A DNA stretch of 64,000 nt, from positions 62,001-126,000 of the IMG/VR virus record IMGVR_UViG_3300038465_000091; one strand, written 5' to 3'. Below, in pieces: positions 57,157 to 64,000 of this stretch. The notes beneath the pieces are model-generated. The model saw only the letters and a list, made by a program, of their open reading frames with translations, did not search any database and was not told the DNA's origin. The first letter of the stretch is position 1. Every line of letters begins with the position of its first letter. The position numbers and the translations under genes were made by a program.

Positions 57157-58143
57157 ATGACCATTACTCAGAGCACGATCTCTAAATCCACCCAGACTGT
57201 CGAAAAGCCGACATCGGCTTTCATTTATGACAGCGAAGGAAATCGTTATCAGGTTTCCTTTGAAATTGTTACACCTGATGCATCCCGAGCATACCGCTCA
57301 AAACGGGTTGGGAATCGCAAAGAAACTAACATCGACAAATATGGTGCGGACATGGTGAACGGTCGGTGGACCGTCACAGGTCAGCCCATCATTTTCGATG
57401 AAAATGACGAGTTGAACGACGGCAACAACCGCACGGGGGCATCCGACAAGTTCAATGTCTCCTTCGAGACTCTCGTTGTTCGCGGAGTTCAGACCGCCGC
57501 ACACCTGAACATCGACACGGGCGCATCTCGTACCCTTCTCAACGCCCTCCAGTTCATCAATCACAATCTTTCCGAAAGTGAGAAGATGGACTACATCGGC
57601 ACGGTCGGATACATGTTGAAACGTATCGTGCAGGTAGATATGGGACGCGCCGTCGCTTCAAACTCCTTCACCACTCGCTCCGAAGAACTCGAAGCATTGA
57701 AAACGTACAAGTCGGGTACGCCCGAATGTGCCGCTGGCGTGGAAGACATCGTGGCCTTAGTACAACATTTCAAGGTCGGGCGTGAGTTGCTCGGTTTCTT
57801 GACATGGCTGTACTCCCGTAAGGCTTACGGTTATAAGGGGAAGATGAAAGAGTTCCTCGAAGCCTACCAGCCCAAGGACCCAAGTGCATCGACGAAGTGG
57901 AACCATCCTGCTCAGGTGCTCTACCGCAAGTTGAGCAAGTCGAATCTGAACAAGAGTGAGCGTCTTGGTGTGGCGATGGCCGCTATCAATTCGTACATCT
58001 TGGACAACCCGCTGCCCAAAACTGCCACTGGCGATTCTTACCTTAAGGTGCCTCGGCTGTTTGAGGTTGGCGACACGGGTGAAATTATTCGCACGAGCAA
58101 TCCGAAGCCCCCAAAGACGAAAAGGGCTGTAGCGGGCAACTAA
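57157..58143 (+). CDS. ParB/Srx-like domain protein
   Basis: DMVNGRW..TGQPIIFD....LNDGNNR...VVRG...IDTG..RT; GAGGAGG RBS. Confidence 0.7.
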   Translation: MTITQSTISKSTQTVEKPTSAFIYDSEGNRYQVSFEIVTPDASRAYRSKRVGNRKETNIDKYGADMVNGRWTVTGQPIIFDENDELNDGNNRTGASDKFNVSFETLVVRGVQTAAHLNIDTGASRTLLNALQFINHNLSESEKMDYIGTVGYMLKRIVQVDMGRAVASNSFTTRSEELEALKTYKSGTPECAAGVEDIVALVQHFKVGRELLGFLTWLYSRKAYGYKGKMKEFLEAYQPKDPSASTKWNHPAQVLYRKLSKSNLNKSERLGVAMAAINSYILDNPLPKTATGDSYLKVPRLFEVGDTGEIIRTSNPKPPKTKRAVAGN

Positions 58144-58162
58144 ACTACTGTACCCTATTCCC

Positions 58163-58193
58163 ACCCCCCGCCTTTTGGCGGGGGTTTTCTTTT
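58163..58193 (+). terminator. Intrinsic terminator
   Basis: CCCCCGCC-TTTT-GGCGGGGG followed by TTTTCTTTT. Confidence 0.85.
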
Positions 58194-58241
58194 GTGGTGT
58201 TATTTCATTCGTCTCGGCGTATTATGTAGGAAGGAGATTTT

Positions 58242-58460
58242 ATGCAGCGGCATCGACGGTGTGGAGAGCACAGGAAATTTGCCTCACAAAAAGAGGCTGA
58301 TGAAGAGTTAGGCAAGGTTGCGTTGTGGGGAATGAGACGCGGGGGCGACACGTGGCGGTTGCTCAAGGTGTTCCCCTGCGGGGATCATTGGCACATCGGC
58401 AGGGATTGGGCGTCGAAGTTTATGCTTCCCGAAGACAAATCTGTTGGAAAGTCAGTTTAG
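58242..58460 (+). CDS. Small hypothetical protein (C...C..HWH)
   Basis: AAGGAG RBS; upstream promoter motif. Confidence 0.65.
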   Translation: MQRHRRCGEHRKFASQKEADEELGKVALWGMRRGGDTWRLLKVFPCGDHWHIGRDWASKFMLPEDKSVGKSV

Positions 58461-59290
58461 GGTCGTCCCGGATAGCCGTTACGCGGTTTGCCCTCACCTA
58501 ACCGCACCCGCTCATACTTATCGAACTCACAAAGGCAATTCTGGAGGTCCTGCATGTGGATTTCCGGCATACCCACGTTGGCGACCAATGGTTTGATCTG
58601 CCGCCGCAGGTCGAGCATGGTGTCTAACCACATTGACTCTTGCCAGCTTTGATCCACGGGGTAATTCATGACGCGATTCAACCCGCGTTTACTGCCCGGT
58701 CCGCTGCACGCCCAGTCCGACCAATCCACACAGTTTTCAAGTAGGTAGGTGTATTTCGTGTCGCACACGATTTGTCCCCCGAGAAAGCTGCCCAAGCCGT
58801 TAAACTCGGTCAGACGTTTGTGGAAGGTCGCAAGGCTCCACGCTTCTTCGGTGATGTAGTCGCGTTGACACCAAAGAGGGTTGAGAACTTCGCTGGCGAG
58901 ATACCTCGCCTTGGATGCAAATCCTGCCTTTGCGGGTACGATGTAGACGCCCGTGAAGACTTTCTCTTTCGCCTGCTTGCGGCGTTCGAGCACTTCGACG
59001 AAATGCATCGGGTCAAACGGGACGGGGTAGCCAAGCTCTTCGAGCGTGTCGGGCCAATTTACGAGACGGGCGACTGCCATCGCAAACCATACCTCAGGTT
59101 CATCAACGTGTGGTTGACGCCAGTTCTTGGCAATCCACTGCGTCACCTTGTCAAGTTCACGATACACGTTGCAGAAACGATAGGCTTGCAGGATGGGGTC
59201 TTCTGTCCAAGGTTTCGGGTACCCAGCGGTTTTGGCTTCGTAGATCGCGTGCCGTTCGGTGATCCATGCAAAAAGGGCTTCAATTCTCAT
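58457..59290 (-). CDS. Amino acid:DNA transferase-like protein (aGPT-PPlase1 / 5-hmdU kinase helical-domain family; thymidine hypermodification)
   Basis: ERHAIY......PKPWTEDPILQAYRFCNVYRELDKVT...NWP...FTGVY...GLGSFLGGQIVCD...GPGSKRGL...QNCLCEFDKY. Confidence 0.85.
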   Translation of the reverse strand: MRIEALFAWITERHAIYEAKTAGYPKPWTEDPILQAYRFCNVYRELDKVTQWIAKNWRQPHVDEPEVWFAMAVARLVNWPDTLEELGYPVPFDPMHFVEVLERRKQAKEKVFTGVYIVPAKAGFASKARYLASEVLNPLWCQRDYITEEAWSLATFHKRLTEFNGLGSFLGGQIVCDTKYTYLLENCVDWSDWACSGPGSKRGLNRVMNYPVDQSWQESMWLDTMLDLRRQIKPLVANVGMPEIHMQDLQNCLCEFDKYERVRLGEGKPRNGYPGRP

Positions 59291-59350
59291 CTTTTCAATA
59301 ATACCACAATTCTCTTCACTTTCGACTATATTACTGAGGACCTTTTCCTG

Positions 59351-61069
59351 ATGAACCCGCTTTTCCAGAAAAAGACAAACGACGAACAAGACCCCATCAT
59401 CCTGCCGCAAGATGATAACCAGCAAGGGGATATGCTCGATCCAGCTACCCAACAAGTTGTCGCTCCACCGCCCGTAGCTCCCGCCGAGGATGAGAAAGTC
59501 GTCGAACAGAGTCGGATGGCAGCCCAGAAAAGCGCGGCTGCTCATACCCCATGGGATGTCTACCTTCGAGGGAAATGGGTCAATCGTGTTTTTACGGTGC
59601 CGAACATGACTGCCGACGACGTGAAGCGTGGTCTGGTAGATCATGATGGTCTCAACCCAGCCATTGAAGTGCGGTCTGGACAGGGGCGAAACGTCCCGGG
59701 TAGTGTCCCACTCAATCGGATAGGCTCCAACCCCCTACTTCAAAAAAGGGGTGCGGGTGCACCTATTGGCATGGATCAGGATCAGCAGACCTGTCGCAGA
59801 TGCAAACAGCCGATTCAACAGGGCCAAATGGTTTCGTGGGAAAGTGGTAGTGAGACTCACGCGGGCGTCTGTCCACCTCCACCCCCAACCGCCGTAAAGG
59901 AGCAGAGCCGTCTCATGTTTCCTAAGGGGTATGAGCCAAAGCAACCGCCAACGGCCCCCCAGCGGCCCCAGAAGCCCCCTACGCAGCCCCAGTACGCTTC
60001 GGCTGAGAAAGTAGCCACACGACGTAAGATCAGCGGCTACGTGCCCGCCACAAGCTGGGGCGTACCGCAGGAATGCGCTCATCAAGTTGCCCATGCCCTT
60101 GCCAACGCGGGTGTGCGTGATTTTGACGTGGCGACGGACGAAAAACTGCATGTGGCATACTTTTCATTCGGCAACGAGGTCGAGATGGAGGTCAGCGCAG
60201 ATATTGTTTGTGAATACTTTGGTCCTCAGATCGCCGCATCCAAGGGCAAATGGATTGGTTGGCAGTGCCGTCCCGAGCGCCAACCGAGAGTGCCTGACGT
60301 GAACATGCCACTGAGCAAGATGAATAGCAAGCGGGCTGGCAGCCAAGGCACCCGTGAAGCCGTCGCCAAGTTGCAAAGACTCGGCATCAAGACTACGGCG
60401 GACCTCGACAAATGGATCAAGGAGCACCCGAAGACTGAGACCAAGGGACCCTACGCGGGCTCGCGGTCGCTCATGAGCCGTTACGACGCCCTGAACGAGC
60501 TTGTGGGCACCTTCGCCGCCACGTGGATTCTACACGATTTGGCGACCGACGCCGCTGTTAGGGAAGGGCTCCCCAAGAGAGGATTCTTCTCCCCCGAGGA
60601 TGCCAAGCGGTTCCGCGACGACAATCAGGGCAGCAACGTCGCTTTGAATCAGGATGAAGAGGGCAGCCAACTGTGGGAGAAAGTGCCCGATAACGAGTTA
60701 CTTAGGAAGAAAGAGGGGGCGGTTCCGCCTCCCCCACCTCAGCCGCCAGCTTCGCATGTCAGGGAAGCACCAGCACCTCGCAAACCCGCCCCGCCGCAGG
60801 GTTCGCCGAATGTCACCTTTCCATCGGACATGCCTGACATTTATATTGGAGGTGAGCCGCCACGAGGCGCACCAGCGGATTTCGGTGGGGCTGTCTTCCC
60901 CAATCCAAAGGGGTTAGCGCCAACGCTGGATACAGCCCCGCCTCCACCTCGGCCTGAGCTTAATGCAACCCATGAAATGGGCGTATATAAGGGCGATATG
61001 AAAATGGACATGACCAATGCAGACGTGTCGGACGTGGTGCCAAACCCATTGCAGCCCCGTGAACAGTAA
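59351..61069 (+). CDS. Proline-rich modular protein (probable head-associated protein)
   Basis: GAGG RBS then MNPLFQKK; short domains separated by low-complexity linkers. Confidence 0.7.
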   Translation: MNPLFQKKTNDEQDPIILPQDDNQQGDMLDPATQQVVAPPPVAPAEDEKVVEQSRMAAQKSAAAHTPWDVYLRGKWVNRVFTVPNMTADDVKRGLVDHDGLNPAIEVRSGQGRNVPGSVPLNRIGSNPLLQKRGAGAPIGMDQDQQTCRRCKQPIQQGQMVSWESGSETHAGVCPPPPPTAVKEQSRLMFPKGYEPKQPPTAPQRPQKPPTQPQYASAEKVATRRKISGYVPATSWGVPQECAHQVAHALANAGVRDFDVATDEKLHVAYFSFGNEVEMEVSADIVCEYFGPQIAASKGKWIGWQCRPERQPRVPDVNMPLSKMNSKRAGSQGTREAVAKLQRLGIKTTADLDKWIKEHPKTETKGPYAGSRSLMSRYDALNELVGTFAATWILHDLATDAAVREGLPKRGFFSPEDAKRFRDDNQGSNVALNQDEEGSQLWEKVPDNELLRKKEGAVPPPPPQPPASHVREAPAPRKPAPPQGSPNVTFPSDMPDIYIGGEPPRGAPADFGGAVFPNPKGLAPTLDTAPPPPRPELNATHEMGVYKGDMKMDMTNADVSDVVPNPLQPREQ

Positions 61070-61120
61070 GAAGTTAAATATTCCTAGCCAAAATCCTCAG
61101 ACTTCTGGTATCATGTAATA

Positions 61121-61390
61121 GATGGTCGTAAGCCCCGCAAGGGGTAAAAGGCACTGGTACTGATTTTCAGACAGGGGTTCGACTCCCCTCAGGTCCACCA
61201 TAAATTTTTGCACCACCTTATGGGCCTGCCCCGGTTTCGATGGAGACGGTATGGGATGGCAGCCAGCGACCCGAGCGCAAGGGTGTACCCTCGTTAAACA
61301 GGCATTCAAAAAAGTAAACGCTGAAGCTCCAAAGGCTTTCGCTGCTCATGCTTAATGAGCCAGACCCCGTGGGTCTGTTCCTCAACACGG
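61121..61390 (+). ncRNA. ssrA: Circularly permuted two-piece tmRNA; tag (A)AEAPKAFAAHA
   Basis: Acceptor piece ends ...GACAGGGGTTCGACTCCCCTCAGGTCCACCA (61200). A 21-nt spacer follows, then the coding piece starts GGGCCTG (61222), which pairs with CAGGTCC (G3:U70). Tag ORF at 61320-61355 follows GTAAAC. Outer boundaries are approximate. Confidence 0.9.
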
Positions 61391-61396
61391 CAAGAA

Positions 61397-61422
61397 CGCC
61401 CGCGCAAGCGGGCATTTTTGTT
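61397..61422 (+). terminator. Intrinsic terminator after tmRNA
   Basis: GCCCGC-GCAA-GCGGGC-ATTTTTG. Confidence 0.8.
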
Positions 61423-61467
61423 TCTGGTTGACAATCTGAATTCCAAAGGCTAGTATAGGGGCACATT

Positions 61468-62529
61468 ATGGCAAACGACAAGGTTAGGGAAGCACTCAAA
61501 GCCGCCGCGAGCTTCAAGGCACGCGGCATCAAGAAAGCCGCTCTGGGCGTAGTTGCGGAGTACGAAGCGAAGAAAGCCAAGGACTACGACGACATCAACG
61601 GCTCCAAAGACAAGTGTGCCGACTGCGGTGTCAAATCCGGCAAGCCCCACAAAGAATCCTGCAATGGTGGACTGCACGATATAAAGTCCAAGAAGGCCGC
61701 TCCCGGCGATCCGATCCAACGTGACCAACCCGCCGCCCAAGCCGACCCCGCCATCCCCGATCCGACTGCTCAACCTGCCGCTCCCGTTGCCCCACCCGTG
61801 GAAGAGGTCGAAGAGGCAGAGGAGACTCCCGAAGCTAAAGCCGCTCGCGTGCGTGAAGCACTTGAGACCGAGTTAGGCGACGACGATCTGGTGACGGCTG
61901 TCCTCGAATTTCTGGAAGCCGAAAAATTCGACTACGACGATTACAGCGTCGATGTCACGGATAACAGCGACGGCACAGCCACGGTCGCTGGCTACATCAT
62001 TGCCCCCAACGACGACATTCCAGAAAGCATCGCTCTGGCACAGGTCCGTAGCGATTTGGAAAGCGAGCCTGAGCTTTTCAATCAGGATTGGCTCCAAGGA
62101 CACATCGACGAGGTGCGCCTCCGTGACCATCTGTACTCAGACACGGAGGAAATGATCCGTGATTCCCCCGACTCTTATGGGTGGGTGCCCGGAGGCGGCG
62201 AAGAACTCGTCCGCTTTAACGCCGAGGGTGAAGAAGAGGATGACGGCGAGTACGATTCGGCTGGTGAGCCCATTGTAGAGGAGACCGAACCCTCCGACGA
62301 CTGGCTTGAAGAGAAGACCAATGAACTCCTCCGCTATCCCGTGCAATACCTGACGGACATGTTAGGCGAAGAGGACGGCATCAAACAGGCGATATCGATT
62401 GCTGGGATCGACATTAACGCAGCGGCAGAAGAAGCGGTTGCAGCCGATGGCTGGCAGCACTTCCTGTCCCGTTATGACGGAAACTCGTACGATCTCGCTT
62501 CTGGCGGGGTTTATTGGCGAGAAAATTAA
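61468..62529 (+). CDS. Acidic hypothetical protein with basic N-terminal leader
   Basis: 353-aa ORF; basic N-terminus with CxxC..H..C, acidic C-terminal domain ending HFLSRYDG. Confidence 0.75.
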   Translation: MANDKVREALKAAASFKARGIKKAALGVVAEYEAKKAKDYDDINGSKDKCADCGVKSGKPHKESCNGGLHDIKSKKAAPGDPIQRDQPAAQADPAIPDPTAQPAAPVAPPVEEVEEAEETPEAKAARVREALETELGDDDLVTAVLEFLEAEKFDYDDYSVDVTDNSDGTATVAGYIIAPNDDIPESIALAQVRSDLESEPELFNQDWLQGHIDEVRLRDHLYSDTEEMIRDSPDSYGWVPGGGEELVRFNAEGEEEDDGEYDSAGEPIVEETEPSDDWLEEKTNELLRYPVQYLTDMLGEEDGIKQAISIAGIDINAAAEEAVAADGWQHFLSRYDGNSYDLASGGVYWREN

Positions 62530-62530
62530 C

Positions 62531-62737
62531 ATGAGCCAAATCAGTCCCGTCTACCACGTAAATCGTCATGGTGGTGCGGCCTGTGAGCACTGTTTGGGTA
62601 TTGTCCGCTGCGCCTCGTGGTGCCTCACCAAGAACACTGAAATTTTCTACGCCTACGACATCCTTGTCCATCCAGAAACCCTGACCGAACAAGATAGAAT
62701 TACTCTTCACGCTCTCGGCGTGCTTTGGACTAACTAA
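62531..62737 (+). CDS. Small Cys/His-containing protein
   Basis: CEHC...C...C. Confidence 0.6.
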   Translation: MSQISPVYHVNRHGGAACEHCLGIVRCASWCLTKNTEIFYAYDILVHPETLTEQDRITLHALGVLWTN

Positions 62738-62763
62738 AATCCTCAAAAAGCGGTATTATCTAA

Positions 62764-63009
62764 TAGCTCCGGTGACCGTGGGCAGCAGCCGTTTCTGATT
62801 CCGAAAGTATTCCCACGGGTGTATCTGACTTTGCCATGGGCAAAAGGGTTGCTGGTGCCCTCCGTGGTCGGTTCGCAAACACACCGTAAGCACCGCGATG
62901 GGTCGAAAGCGAACTAGGCCCTCCTTGGTTTCAGGAATAGGCTGAGGCGTCGGCGGTGGTCAGGCGGTTGAGCCATGGTGACCGAGACGGAACTCCATGG
63001 CCGGAGCTA
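62764..63009 (+). ncRNA. Unidentified ~245-nt structured RNA
   Basis: Terminal stem TAGCTCCGG/CCGGAGCTA starts right after a GGTATTAT promoter motif; several internal helices. Confidence 0.6.
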
Positions 63010-63024
63010 ATTTTAGGAGAAAGC

Positions 63025-63801
63025 ATGAATCTCAAGTTTTGGGAGTGGTTTAAGAAAAAACAGGAGACCGATCCAACTCTCCTCGATCCTTTCGAAGGCA
63101 GCGTACTCAAAGAGTATCAGGATGCCGTAGGAATACGGCGTATCCCGATGCAGGTCACTGATCGCCACGATCTCACCACGAGTGAAGTCGCCAACCCCGA
63201 CCTCGGTAAAGATGATGCCGAGACTCTCAAGAAGAAACTCAAGTCCGGCATCCACCAGTCTGTTATGACTGGTCCCGATACGCACAGAGTCAGCGGCGTG
63301 CGAGTAATATCGGAAGAGGGCGGCACTGTCGAGGTCATCAAAAAGATCGACAAGTCCAAGCTGTACGAACTTGGCTATGACATTACGGAAGAAAATGAAA
63401 CTTTCGTGAAGAACCTTGGATTAGAGCCTGAACCTTCGCTTTTCCTCGGACTCTCTCAAATACGGAAAAACGTGGAAGGTACGTCAGAGGAAGAGCGACT
63501 TCATTCAGAAGGCGTTGACTTCCATCACTACTCAGGTAAGCCTGCAAATCGTCCTTCGGAAATGCAGCCCAATGAACTAATGGGGGGTTCGGAGCCAGCC
63601 GAATCGTATCCGACTGCCGTGGCTGAACTTGTTGTGCCTGAACTGGAAGAAAGCATCAAGGCCAGAATTGAGGCATTCCACGCTGGAGCCAAGAATCATG
63701 ACCCCTCGTGCCCATGCTACGAGCATTGCATGGAGCATATCGACAAGTTGGGTCAGGAGTACGACTGCTTCCACGTCTGTAACTGCAAAGGGAAACAATG
63801 A
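63025..63801 (+). CDS. Hypothetical acidic protein with Cys/His-rich C-terminus
   Basis: AGGAG RBS, MNLKFWEW... Confidence 0.7.
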   Translation: MNLKFWEWFKKKQETDPTLLDPFEGSVLKEYQDAVGIRRIPMQVTDRHDLTTSEVANPDLGKDDAETLKKKLKSGIHQSVMTGPDTHRVSGVRVISEEGGTVEVIKKIDKSKLYELGYDITEENETFVKNLGLEPEPSLFLGLSQIRKNVEGTSEEERLHSEGVDFHHYSGKPANRPSEMQPNELMGGSEPAESYPTAVAELVVPELEESIKARIEAFHAGAKNHDPSCPCYEHCMEHIDKLGQEYDCFHVCNCKGKQ

Positions 63802-64000
63802 CGATCAAGGGGACCTTGCACTTGTATAGCGAGACGGGAACCGAAGGCGGCTATTGGGCGATTCAGGATGAGCGGTTCATTCAACCGCCGACCGAGGAAT
63901 GGCCGCATGAGCGGTGGTCCTACGACGGTCTACATGCTCTCAACGACGGCGACCACCTGAAAATTTTCCATCCTGACGGCACGCTCCTGTGGGAAGGTGA
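63798..64000 (+). CDS. Hypothetical protein (partial; runs off the window)
   Basis: ATGA overlap; MTIKGTLHLYSETGTEGGYWAIQDERF... open to the end. Confidence 0.6.
   Translation, partial: MTIKGTLHLYSETGTEGGYWAIQDERFIQPPTEEWPHERWSYDGLHALNDGDHLKIFHPDGTLLWEG

Noticed and set aside
58772-59350. N-terminal 193 aa of the 765-aa ORF in the track
   Set aside because: Antisense shadow of the DNA-transferase gene; the likely start is ATG 59351, which has a GAGG RBS.
59291-59644. N-terminal extension of the 395-aa minus-strand ORF
   Set aside because: It overlaps the plus-strand gene; the family motif begins after ATG 59290, which follows a promoter motif.
62956-63024. Upstream GTG start for the 281-aa ORF
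   Set aside because: It lies inside the structured RNA; ATG 63025 has an AGGAG RBS.
1-64000. CRISPR array, diversity-generating retroelement or stop-codon reassignment
   Set aside because: No regularly spaced repeats, reverse transcriptase or template/variable repeat pair were seen. Long genes are intact in the standard code and use TAA, TAG and TGA stops.

Overview
A 64-kb segment of a large, probably jumbo, contractile-tailed (myovirus-like) dsDNA bacteriophage using the standard genetic code. 1-2.8 kb (minus strand) is an RNA-gene cluster. It holds the 5' part of a phage RNase P RNA, tRNA-Cys, tRNA-Asp, two tRNA-Ala and tRNA-Val, an HNH endonuclease, a HicB-like ORF, a tRNA-like element and several unexplained structured RNAs. 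Four of the tRNAs and the RNase P gene lie behind what looks like a ribosome-mediated transcription attenuator. Its 48-aa leader peptide is loaded with Val, Ala, Asp and Cys codons, the amino acids of the downstream tRNAs. 2.8-10.3 kb (mostly minus) is a replication module: class II ribonucleotide reductase, DnaC-like ATPase, YdaU/DUF1376-like initiator and DnaB-like helicase. 10.5-55.6 kb (mostly plus) is a tail/baseplate module: chaperones, tape measure, hub, spike, baseplate J and fibre/adhesin proteins. It includes a 2070-aa Ig-repeat protein with a DUF3494 ice-binding domain, a fibre with a C-terminal Hint domain, four lysozyme-like domains and homing-endonuclease insertions. 56-59.3 kb is a DNA-modification locus: a Mom-like gene with a tRNA-Gly mimic inside its 5' end, a ParB-like protein and an amino-acid:DNA-transferase-like (aGPT-PPlase1) gene. 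59-64 kb carries probable head-associated proteins, a circularly permuted two-piece tmRNA and a ~245-nt unknown structured RNA. All calls come from reading motifs by eye; no database searches were run.
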